Assembly: GCF_026571515.1 (NCBI RefSeq)
Contig: NW_026853413.1
Location: forward strand, 62,001 to 126,000
DNA length: 64,000 nucleotides
From: Ruditapes philippinarum
Taxonomy: Eukaryota
Reading direction: 5' to 3'
Under the pieces are notes generated by a model. The model was not told where the DNA came from. It made no database searches and saw nothing but the letters and a program-made list of their open reading frames with translations. Position 1 is the first letter of the stretch; every line of letters starts with the position of its first letter. A program made the translations under genes and the position numbers. Shown here piece after piece: positions 40,901 to 53,500 of the stretch.

Positions 40901-43900
40901 CACTGTATATGATATATTGAATATTTTTATGGTAAAGTGAACTGATGTAATTTGTTTTAAATTTGGTGCTTGTATTCCGGTTTGTAATGTTGATAACCAA
41001 ATTTCTACAGACCAAAACGTCACCATGAGAAACTCCTTTGGTAAGTATTTAACAGTATAAGTACGGCAGGTACTATAAGGTTCCTGATATAATGCCTTTG
41101 TTGTTCGGATAAGGAAAATTAAGTGCATAGCTCTGGAGCATAGTCATGTCTGACGGACAATGTGTCAGGGCTTTTTGCAATTACAGGTGCAGCATTTGAA
41201 ATAATCAGATTAAAAAACAAGAATTAAGATCAACAAGGTAAATGCAACGTTCACATGAGTTTTAAACTGAGTTTGAAAACTTTAATTAATTTAATTTCAC
41301 TGTTTCAAAACTTATCATAAATATCCCATGGTTTATTTTTCTAAGCCCATGCTATCTTCTTGCGCTCTTTTTTCATTTCCATCTGCTGGACTTATTAAAC
41401 GAAAATTTGTTCTGCAGTTTTCAGATCAATAGGTGCATTGCTAAGCATACAATTCAAAGACGGAAATACTGTTGTATTTTATTATGATGTCGTAGATTTT
41501 TCTTTTTAGTACTTCATTGATTAAACATTCTGTATTTATAATTGTAAATATAACATGAAACATAAGAAAATATAAATAAAATACTCACGAGTTGTTGATG
41601 TCAGTTAGTTCATCATGTCCGTTAGCAGGACTCCATGGTAGTTCACAGTCTTATTTACATTGGAACTGGTTAAACAAAGCGGAGTCATCAATTGCTGACT
41701 TAACATATGGTCACCTGCAATAACAACAAACTTGGGTTGTAAATAAACATAAACAGTATATATTAGCAACGTTCTAGGACTTTGTAAATATAATTGTTAT
41801 TTATCAAGGGACTTTTATGACAATTAAATGGATTTCAATTGTACAAATGTAAGTACATGTAATAGATTACTAGTTGCTAGGTTAGAGATTTACGTATCTC
41901 TGGCGATCATACATCGATGGATGTACCATAAGTTTTACTTAAAAGATTTACATATTCTGCATTTGTATATACTAGTAATGACCACAATATATCGAAAACA
42001 AATTCTGGCAACATTTTTACCTTTAATTAGTATATCTTCATTTATAAATGCAAAACACAATGTTATAAAGTTACCATTCAGCGGGGAGAGTAGCATTGTC
42101 CCATCTTCTGAAAGGATTAGATGGATTAGGTAATGGTTTTGGACCACACGGAGTGGTGTTGCTGGGATCATCATATACAATCACACCCTGACACCGATAC
42201 ACAGTAGAATTACTATCGTCTTGAACTGTTTGAAAGAAGAAAGTCAATGATAAGGTAAAACTGCTGATTATGTCTTGCAAGTTGACTAGCTGTTTTATTT
42301 TTTCTGTTTGGACATAAATTCCAATCACACTGAGATCAATGAGCCCTTGACTGACGGAAATTTACCAATACAATACGGACATGAAAGCCACTCCGAGGGG
42401 TAGTGTTGCCACGGTCTAAAAGAGGTCACATAATTTTGTTCAGCCTTTGTTACCAAAAACAACTTTATTATTGATAATGCTCTATAGAATAAAAAATGTA
42501 TTTGTAACTACTTTATGAAAAAATGCTCCATTAAAAACATTGTATTTGTTAGTCACTTATAAGAAAAGTAATATTAACGATATAAACAGGCGTTTTAAGA
42601 CAAGGCATTAAAGAGACACCATCGAGCTTTTGGCATAACGGGACGGAAAATAATTTTTATGAGCTTTTTGCATACCGTGTGTTGTAGTTTGGACCACTAA
42701 CTTTAGTGCAAAATTTCAGACACTCACTTACCCCATTTTTTCCAGAATGATCATTTCAATCGTGCACAATTGATAGATCCCTAATCTGACTGTTCGTTTG
42801 AATAATAATACATTTAACCACAAACATTGATATATGCTCTTTTGTTAACAAATAGGCTGTGGTGAAAATCTTATTGTATCCACTAATCTGATCATTAGTA
42901 TTGGAAAGATCAGGGATCTATGCATTACCCAAACAATTATCTTAAGCATTTTTGTTTCAAATTTGGAGTATGCAAAAGGTATACTTATATATTGAAGTTA
43001 TTCATTTAATTGCAGCCAGTTTTGACCAGTTTCAGCAGAGTATTTTGCTAAATATCAGGGTAATTGAGATACCTAACATGTTTGTGTTTCTTTTATATAC
43101 TTGTTCATGCAGGTAAACTCATTTCGTAGGATAATATACACCAATGTAAAAATACTTGTTTTGCTACACTACCCTAACCTTACTTGGGAACAGTTATGAT
43201 CACAAAATATTTCTATTGAAAGATGAGCGTTGTTTAATTCGAGTATAATGCACCAGCTAATCTACATAATTCGTGCAATGATATTTTCATTTTGATCTGT
43301 CTCGAGCTGAAAAAAATGTCACTCGCTAGTTTGTTAAGTATATTAATATGTTGTCAAGTTGAATTTTAAAAGATAAAGGAAGGATTTGCTTTAGTTTCAT
43401 TTTAGATAGATATGACAAGAGTTACTGGCAGTAAATTGCAAATAAACGCCGCTTTATAAGGTTGCAAAATACTGTTTCAGTCCCAGAGTTTACTATCAAT
43501 AAATGATGAGAAAAAAAGACAAGACTTTATTAAAGCTTTTGAGGTAAACTATTTAAGCAATTTGTAACTTTTTAACATAAGATTTTATTAAAACGACGTT
43601 GTTAACATTTTAGTATTTCATTTACAAAATTACGGTGTAATAAAAAAGACAACATAAACACATCAAAGATACATGTTAAGCTTAATGCTGGATAGTTAAT
43701 TTTCATTATTGTAAATGTTGTTCTCTTTTATTCTGTTTTTTTTTAATGTTAAAGAGGATTTCGCTAGTTTATTCGCCCTAATCATTCGCACTAGGCTTAC
43801 GACAGACAGTCGTTTGAATAAAACGTTTGACGAAAACTAAATTTAAAAATGTTAACATGAATATAGTATATTTAGTACATTTTATGTTCTTACCATATAC

Positions 43901-44155
43901 AGATGGATATTTTAATAATAGTAATAGTGTGTGATAGTTTCTGTGTTTGTACTCTAAATATTTAGCTGAACTTTCGGTGAATACGTTTTCTGGTAAAAGT
44001 GTTAGATTTCATTATATTATATAAAATAATGTAAGGAATTAATTTAAAACTGAAGCTCGATGGTCCATTGTTTGAGGTTCAAACTAAGACTTCAAATGTT
44101 TGATTTATTTAACAAATATAATTTGAATAGGTTTTTCAATAAAAGCACTTACCAT
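37973..44155 (-). pseudogene. G5: pseudogenised, chimeric copy of the Spaetzle-like gene (coding exons are G6-like)
   Basis: Exons 44155-44153; 42225-42075 (151 nt vs 194 nt in G6, frameshift, TGA at 42183-42181); 41714-41589 (in-frame TGA 41713-41711 and TAA 41653-41651); 40692-40546; 40085-38902 (split by a transposon at 38933-39930); 38062-37973 (VTISVPQCCECWSCRGAH...). Confidence 0.9.
38933..39930. mobile_element. Tc1/mariner-like non-autonomous element inserted in G5 exon 5
   Basis: Imperfect TIRs CG(T/A)GGGTTGTCCCAA..GTGACAA; TA duplicated on both sides. The paralogous site in G6 (51209-51210) has a single TA. Possible HTH remnant (RKTRIGRP) on the minus strand near 39340. Confidence 0.88.
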
Positions 44156-44428
44156 AATGCTTGCTGCTTTTGTCTGGAATATAAAACACATCTATTTTGT
44201 TTCGTTTATATTTACAATTGACAAGTTATTAGGGAAATAAAACAATAAATAATTATCCAATATGTATGAGATAACTTTACATAATACTTTTATAATAAGA
44301 AATTGTTACGCATAATTTTTTAATAATATATCAAATAAGTAAAGTATTAAATTCCTCAGAAAGGTAAACAAAATTGTTTATTTTACCGTTAATTGCTTTA
44401 ATAACACAACGAAGATAAATTTCGTCTG

Positions 44429-44482
44429 TTTATAAACACCTGCATTGACAAATTACACGTAAGCATAGGTTCGTCCAGGGGT
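44429..44482 (-). promoter_or_regulatory. Putative promoter upstream of G5 (G1-like)
   Basis: AGGTTCGTCC at 44467-44476; TATAAA on - at 44434-44429; flanks align to 3690-3790. Confidence 0.55.
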
Positions 44483-45257
44483 ATTACCAATATTGAAGAG
44501 AGCGACAATTGTCAATACGCCATCAGTCAATTAGATCGGTTTATCGCTAAGCTGATAGGACATCGATATTCCATAATTGGCAGTGCCTGCACCGTCTACT
44601 ATTTAAGCATTAACCACAATGATCATGAAAAGTTAAAATTAAAAGAAAATGGATTTCTGCGAGATGTCAATTAAAAGTCTTGTTTTCTGCGTACTAAGTA
44701 GTTACTTTCATTTCCGATGATAAAAAGGAACACTGATTATCCAATATAATTTGTTTAGCTAGAAAAGTCTCATTATCATTTAAAATTACTTATAGAAAAT
44801 GTTACGGTAACTATAATTTCTCTGCAGGTGCAGTTAGATTTATATACACATTTTCTGGCACTCATCTTTTCGAACAGAACACAAAGGGCTGTACTACTGG
44901 TAGTTCTTGTAATATATAGCTCCTCAAGGTTTGCTTTTCTCAAATATATGATAAGGACCTGTATTCAGAGTATTGTTGGGTTTTTTTGCCTGATAGAGAT
45001 CCACAATTATCTGAAACAAGGTAAAATGTAATATACATTTTTATGTTCAAAGAATCATTGTATAAGCATGGCAATATGATTTTGATAGAATGGTAATAAG
45101 ATTTCCTGGTTATCTTGCAGAAAATTATTGTATTTCTTTGTGTCACTGTCTGTATTCGTATGCATGTTATGTTTAATTGTTGTCAAGTCCGAAATACTCG
45201 GAGCCCAGAAGCAACATATTTACATTTGTTTTTGTCTCTCCGTCTTTACAGTCTTGA

Positions 45258-45415
45258 TTTGTTTGATTGGGTTTTATGTCACACTTACACAGTATAAGTC
45301 ATATGGCGACGTTCCAGTTTTACTGGTGGAGGAAGACATCAGATGCCATTCCATGCACTAGTTCAGGCACGAACGGACACCTATGTAGAACCACTCACGT
45401 TCCGTAAGCTAGCTT
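45258..45415 (-). mobile_element. SINE 3' fragment
   Basis: ACACAGTATAAGTCATATGGCGACGTTCCAG...CAGGCACGAACGGACACC matches the family 3' half. Confidence 0.65.
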
Positions 45416-48400
45416 GATATCTTAGTCTGTCTTGATTTAATGATATGATATGAAAAGTATGGTATATATTCTTTGACAGTTATTGAATTATAGACTTAAA
45501 GGGGTGGATAGCTCATTGTGTAGGGGATTATTAAAGTGTATCATTAATAAATATTATTATAAGGTGCTTGATCAATATATTAAGATAACCTCAGATGTTC
45601 TCTGGTGGAATAGCCTAACTACTGAACTGATTAAATAACAAATTTCATGATGATTTGTACACTCAGTTTTAAAAGACATTTTGGACGTAACTAAAGCGCA
45701 CCTCAACACAATCCGATTACAAAATAATAATTTTACAACAAGACTGGACAACATATATAAATCTTTTGCAGCTGATGCACATTCTATCAAATTGTCCATG
45801 TAAAACAAAATGTATAAGGATTTATTCCTTAATAATTTAGTTTGTTAAGCAATCCAAGGAGTGTTTGTCAATATAAAAACATTATGTAAAGTGCACGTTT
45901 GTTAAGTTCCTGAATATTTTGGCTGCACAAAACGTTTATAAATGCAATGACTGAGTGATTAATGACACGTTTTATTTACTCTCATCTCAGTTTGAGATAT
46001 TACTCTGAAACCAAGATATCCGTGATCGTTTCACTGATCAGTTTCAGTTTCAATTGCTCTTAGTGATGTGCCACAGCTGTATATACCGCGTGTATATCTC
46101 TAAGTAAACTTGCCTTCTTGAATCATTGAGTCTGGTAATTTAAAGTTGGATTTTAAATATCGCTTTGATTAGTCAATTGTGCGCTCTGAAAATTTATATA
46201 AGTTTCACTTTAATTAATGTACATGCAAGTCGGCTCTTTTAGTTTACGACTTCTCTATGAATGTCCTAGCTATTTTAATGTTTGATTGATATTTTAAAAT
46301 GATTAATCATTTACTTTGAACCATTAATCAACATAGATAGAAATATTACAGCAGTATCAAATCATATATTTAAGTTATAAGCAGTCAAAATACAATATTT
46401 TTGTTTACTTTTGACCTCTAACCAAGTAAGATCAGAAAGTGGCAGTCTAGGCCAATGGTCAAGTGACTGTGTTGACTTCTGACCATCATCAAACAAAATA
46501 TGTAGCCTTTGCTGACATTATGATAAGGTCATTGCTATAAGTCCGTAACTACAAGTCAAAGTCCATAGTCAAGAAGACTTTTTATTTTTTGACAAATATT
46601 AACAAAGATAAAGCCATTGCCGTCTTAATAAGATCGATGATTATCATCATGTTCATAGAATGTCAAGTTAATTGGTACCTTCTACATTGACCTTTAAAGA
46701 TAAAAACTTTGCATGGTAGCAGCCTAATAATTTATATTTCAAAGGTGTCATGCCTCTTCAAGATGATGCATTTCTGTGTAGTCAGGCTTATTTCAAATCC
46801 ATTCTATTCTCAGTAAGAAAATGAAAATAGAAAATAGTATGTGCATTTAAAGCTTGAATTTTAAAAACTCAAATATCTAAAACAATATGCTATTTATAAC
46901 ATTTCTCATTATATTACAATTAAGATTTGTCTAACAAAATCTAGCTGTTTTACAAATATTCAAAATTCCAATAAGAAACGTTAAGATTAAACGTTTTTAA
47001 GGTAATTATTTATCATCAAGTCAAATATTCACAATGATAAGCATAATTACTTACAAAGTTTTACGTTTTCATTGTGATTTTCAATGTCGTCTGCTTTATC
47101 TGCGGTAAAATAAACATAAACTGATTTCAGTAGAAAGCTAATAAATATGATACCGATGTCAACTTATACCTACACATGTTTTAAATCATCAGGTAATATT
47201 TATAATACCCATAGCGACAACGTATCATTGAAGGACACATCTGACTACGGCATAGGCTACTACAATTGATTCTGCATTCTGAGCGCTGTTTTTGCAGTAG
47301 TATATGTTCAGCTCTTAGTGTACATTGAAGGAAATAAAGTAATATCTATCTGTATACTAGTATATTAGACATGTTCTGGACACCAACCTACCCATCTCAA
47401 TAGGGAAGTTAAGCTTCTATCGCATTCTAAGACTCAGCTACCGATGTCCTGATCAAGCATGGGGGAGTTGCCCTTGCCCTTCAGAGAAATAAAGTATAAG
47501 GATGTGTGAGACACACGAATTTATAGTTTAAAGTGATTATTAGTGACATTTGAGGAAGAGCAAATATCCTAAATCAAAATTGATTTAAAATACAGAGCAG
47601 TAATGATTGTCAGAGTTTTCTGATTGTCACAACTACATTTTTCATATTGACAGTGCGCAAGCATTGTAAGTTTAAACTGAATATATTAGACGGTCTAAAA
47701 GAATTGACTTTAAAAATGGTTGGGGGCTTTAGAGATGTTTAATTGATTCATATTCCCTCATGTGCCGAGTCTGCAATTAACATGTTTTATTTTGTGATTA
47801 ATGCTTGCGAGGGATCACTGTCTTTCCAGATTGTTTACCAAGGTATTAAAAATGTCGAAAGTAATGCATCATTTGGCAAAAATGAAGCTGAAAGTTGCCT
47901 TCTCTATTGCATTGCATTCCATATTCAAGCAGACGAAGCAAAGATCTATTCTAGTTTTATCGCTATAATTTATCATGTCAAACTTTTTATACTGTATAAC
48001 AAGTCTGAAATTAATAACTCGGATTACTAGTTACACGATATCCACTGGCACCAAGGCCAGTGAAATTGTGTGCATTTTCCCTGCGAATCGACAGCATTGT
48101 TCGTGTGTTTTCTAGACGTCCAATGGACATTTCCAAACATTGACTTAGGAATGTAATTTTGAGACATGGATGGGCACGTGACTTATTTTTCTCGGCCGAT
48201 GGAGGGATATATGTATAATGAAGTTTTGCCAGAAATTTGTTAGCAAAATCAAAATTACTTACGCCGCATACTTCCATTTGGAACTATATCATAAATTCCA
48301 TCAGAATTAATTTTTATATTAGATAGATAATGCTGGGTATAACACATGAAAGTGTGAGCGAAGAGTAAGAGTAATATATTTCACTGTTTTAAGATGCTTT

Positions 48401-48445
48401 TCGAAGATAATGGATACGCTTTCTTTAAAATAAGGCGGGAATATG

Positions 48446-48540
48446 ACTCACTCACTCACACACTCACTCACTCACTCACTCACTCACTCACCAACGCATT
48501 CACTCACTCACTCACTCACGCATTCACTCACTCACTCACT
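48446..48540. repeat. (ACTC)n microsatellite
   Basis: Direct inspection; absent from the paralogous block near 35300. Confidence 0.95.
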
Positions 48541-50535
48541 TAATAGCCTAGTGATGGCATCCAGCTTTAAGTATAAACGTTGAAGACAACACTAACGTAA
48601 ATAAAATAGTCATACGTTATGTAATTATAATGTTAAGCTGCATGTATGAGTCGTTTTTGTTTCGTATTGCAAAATGATTCATAGTATTATACATGTACTG
48701 ACTGATCCTATTTCTGTTTGGTGTCCTTCTGGGTTCCCTGCCGGTGGCCCTGTGTTACTGGGTCGCGTGGGGCAAGTGTTTATTAACCGCCGCCCTTCCT
48801 TGATGATTTTGTTTTTCAATATTTTAATCTAATCTAAATGTTGAAGCTTACTTAACCTTCATTTATGAAGAAAATATATTTTCATTTCATTTCAACGAGC
48901 AAAGTTATCACTGATCAGTATTTCGAGTTCTTTATGTTTTTCGGCAAGAAGGTAACTATGATATCAATACCATGTATACTTAAACATTAAACAGAAGGAG
49001 TATTCATATTAATAACCAATTCATCCAGGGATTATTAATTTGCTACAGTACCACAATAGAAAGTTTATTCCCAACTGAGATATCTTTTTAGCTTTTCTTT
49101 GGAAAGAAGACTGAATGTATTCATTCCTCTATAATAATATATATCATACATTTGTTATGTATGTATATTTGGCAATAAATCAGACTGATAATTGTTGCAT
49201 TCTTACTTTTTTTAAAGCTGAAATATAGATTAAATTTGATAGTTTTATCTTTTTTTCAAAAATTACACATGATTTGGGGGGGTTTTGTTTTTCTAATAGG
49301 ATTGTTTCTATAGATTTAAAACAACGATTAGATTTTGATATCATAATTATTAACGGGTATACATTTTTTTACAGATATTTTTGACTGCATCAACATAACT
49401 ATCAATTGCAGTGTCACTTTTATGCAGAATTTTTTGACATCTCTGGGGACCTTTTGTGGCTATATTTATTGTGTAAAGAAATTAATATATGTGTGTATAT
49501 TCCCTCATTCTTCGTTACAAAATTAAAGGGGGAATTAAAAATTTTTCTATGTAATTATCTATTTTATACTCCAATCCAAATTCACCCCTTCACGATGTAG
49601 GCTTCATTGCTTAACAAATTTTTTTTAATGAATCATACACCCATTCTTTACAATTGTCTACATGCATACCCGTTACCCTTAAACCACGTTTTTTCTATTT
49701 TAATCCAACCTTAATGAAGTTTAAAATTTTATTAATGATGGTTATACCCCGTGTCCACGGGTCCCGAAAAAATGAAAGGACAAAGGGCCCATGCCTTCCT
49801 CGAGCGAGAAAACTGGCACATTTTTATAATTTTTCCAATATTATGATAGTTTTTTTAAAATACGTTACAAATTTAAAAAAATTTAGAAAAACCGGATTCA
49901 AAAAAGTTGTATGGAAACCCATTTGAAAAAAAAAACAAGGGGTTTTTTGCGGGATACCAAAGTTTCCAATCAGTTAAAGTATCAGTTTAAGGATAATGTG
50001 TTTGTTTGCACCAAGAAAAATCATTTTTAATGATTTTAATGAGGCAACTAATAAAACGACACTGCTTTATAATTTCATTATTTACAAAAATTACTTCAAA
50101 ATAAAAGTAAAAAAAAACCTAAAACCATAACCATTTTTAAAAGGATAAAATCAAATCTTATTTTATTTTTTCCTGTTTTTGTATTTTTTCTTCCCGAGCC
50201 CAGTGATTTGGAATTTAAAAACCCCTGTTCCCTACCGATAGTGGATTAGAAAACGATAGGATTGGATTCTCTCCTTTAAAAAAATAGCCCCAAGGGAAAG
50301 TCGTAGGGAATTTTTCAAAAATGCACGTACAAACCCGATTTTTGCACCAGTAAACCATTTAAATTTGAGAAAGCTACTAACTGTATTCTTAATTTGAATA
50401 TCTGATGACATGTCAGTCCGTCCAAAAGAAGAAATTCAAAACAAATAATAAATTCACTCTAAATCAACAATTATATTTTTTATTATTTTTATATTGCTTG
50501 CATGTATGACAATGCTTTGATAGCAATAAATATAG

Positions 50536-53500
50536 TTATCCACGAGTGTTGATTGGTTTTGCATCTCTACCTGGTTTTTCAGCTGGGGCTGGTTTTACAT
50601 GTTCAACTGGTTTTTCGTCGGTTAGTTGATGTATATGATGAGCACCTCGACATGACCAACATTCACAACATTGTGGTACAGATATAGTTACCTGAAATAA
50701 TCAACGCCATGATAAATAGATCAACGTTTAAATAAATAACAATCTTCACTTGTGTTTGAACAAATATAATAACACATATACAAACAATTCTATTTATTAT
50801 AATAATATAACTATAACCATGGAAAAAGTATATGCAAAATTATAATATGAGAAATTAAAAATGTTGCACTTTTCTTAAAAATTATCTAAAAGTAAAATGA
50901 AACATATTTAATGGTGTTTCACAAACTATTAATTTGAAAATAGACAAGAACCCAAAACGTTTATCTATGTCGTCGACAAATTCAGTTGTTATTCTTAAAA
51001 TAAGTAAAAAAAGAAGGTGACTGAGAAAAAAGTATATATGCTGGTCATACTTCGACACTAAGTATAATCGTGACAAGAGAAAAACATTTGCTCTACAACT
51101 TATAATTGTATCCCCCCCACCCCCGGATATGTAATTACAACAGAATATATCGCAGCTTCATAAATTACAAGATACTTACCAGTTTGAGACAACGTTTTGG
51201 AAACCTCTTACAATCCACTCGTTCCCACTTTCCATTTTCCTGCCAGTATGTGGATGGACAGAAGACGTAAATGTCCTTATGTTGACGAAAATTAGTCTCG
51301 CAACAAACAGAGTTAGCTATCTTCAGATTATCACTACAGTGTGTCCGTGTCATACAATTCGTTCTTTGTAAAGAAATATTGTATTGTAGTATAAAAGTAG
51401 TGTTAAAACAACGCAACGTGACGTCGTTTGCGTAATACAAGCATAACGTCAAAACGCAGTATAAAAATGATGTAGATGCTTTAAACCGTTCTTATTTTAG
51501 ATATGTGATAAATAGAATATTATTGCCAGGGGCTTTCATGATATATAATATAATTCATTCAGCTGGTTCAATAAATTTTCTATTGAACCTACATGCATGC
51601 ATCCAATACAATTGTTTAATGTCAATAATTGTATAATAAAAAAATCTGAAAATTTTCAGACGTGAAATTATAGAATTTAACCTGTTTATAGGGCAGTATA
51701 AACCGATGACAACATGGGCAAAGCTGGTCGAAATAAATGTAAATATCATTTTACTTATCCTAAAAATAAACTTACGTGGTACATTTGACAATCCGGACTT
51801 GTTGACAACATGGCCAGAGTAAAAAACAGGTCTCCCTTAAACGGGTTGAACCTGGTATTTCCCACGTAAAGCTGCCAAGCCACGACGCCTCATACGGACA
51901 TGATGATTGCCAGAAAAAGAAAATTTTCTTGTCTAGCCTGAAATGTTAACAATGGTTCATAGATCTTTTCCTTGAACTGCTGTGATTTTTGTGTGACTGT
52001 GTTTGAATTGATAAAAATAATCATATAATAAAAGCAAACATCTATTTCAGGCTCATATAGATTTTGTTGTTTTATACGATATATAATTAACACTCCATTC
52101 TTTATTCTCTAGTCGTTATCTCATAGTTTTATATGATATAGTGAACACTTCATAATATGAGCCGCGTCACGACAAAACCAGCATAATGGGTTTGCAACCA
52201 ACATGGATCCAGACCAGCCTGCGCACCCGCGCAGTCTGATCAGGATCCATGTTGTTCGCTATCAGTTGCTCTACTTGTAATAGAGTTGGTAAGCGAACAG
52301 CATGGATCCTGATCAGACTGCGCGGATGCACAGGCTGGTCTGGATCCATGTTGGTCGCAAGCCCATTATGTTGGTTTTGTCGTGACGCGGCTCATATGTT
52401 CTCTTGTCATTATATCGTAGTTTTTTCTATAATAAAATAAACTTTTCATACTATATTCTCTCGTCATTGTATCTTAGTTTTATAAGTAAACTTGAGTACA
52501 ATATCAAACACCAGAATTAAAGTTGTTTTTCAAATTTTTTTCTGAAATTAACATTTCATTAGCAGGAGAAATGTTTTGTCCTTTCATTACAGAGATGTTC
52601 GCAATATAACAGTTGTCACTGCTGTCTTCTATTTGCAAATAACTTCATGGATTACAACACATTGCTGTTAGAAGTAATTTGTTTAAATATGTTACAAATG
52701 ATAAATAATTTGAAGTCAAGATTTTAACCATCCTGTACTCCTTTGTTTCGAGAAAAACATGTCTGCATTTGTCAGTCAGAATCTATATTATACTTGTTGC
52801 TAGTTTACCGGTTTGTATTGGAGATACATAGGTATTTTCATTCATTATAACATATGTACAAAAGGTGCATTTAAATAAAAATAATGTCACCGCTTATATA
52901 AAGAAGAAGAAGAATCTTATATTGCACATTAACTCTCAAAAGAGTTATCTACAAGCTTTCATTTGATATATACAATTACATGTATGCATAAGTAAATAAA
53001 ATATTACATAGCAAGATGTGAAAGTCATACAGCAAGCATTTCAACAGTAAAAGTACGGCAGCTATTAAAAGGTTCTTGATATAATGATTTTATTATTCGG
53101 ATATAGAAATTAATTAAATTGCAAAGCTCTGAAAACTAATAACAGCTCACGGGCAAAGTATCAGGGTTGTTTGCAATTACCGGTTCAACATGTGAAATGA
53201 TTAGATTAAACCGAGTTTAAAACCTTGTTGTTTTCATTATTCATCTCCACTGCTCTTTAAAATAATCTCTTAACTAAGTTTTCTTCATGCTGTCATTTTT
53301 ATTTCCGGCTGCCTCTCGTAGCCTTACATTGAACGAAATTTCTATATCAAAGGAGCATTGTCAGGCATAAAGACCAAAGTTGGTGGTAACCCTGTGGTAT
53401 TTTATCATGTTGCCGTAGAGTTTCTATTAACTACTTTATTTATAAAATTCCTGACATGTTTTATATATATATCTTTTTGTTTTGTTATTATTTAAGGGTT

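Larger units (their letters stand above)
34900..42480 (+). repeat. Segmental duplication, paralogous to ~48050-54475 (G5 vs G6 units including introns and 3' flank)
   Basis: Collinear matches, e.g. 35101 CATACTTCCAT vs 48268; 37783 ATATCTGATGACATGTCAGTCCGTCCAAA vs 50398; intron matches 41730-42070 vs 53710-54030. Confidence 0.85.

Noticed and set aside
42075-42187. Cryptic acceptor (gtgtcag|GGT) that would restore the G5 frame without a signal peptide
   Set aside because: The next exon has two in-frame stops and exon 5 is interrupted by a transposon, so no intact product results.
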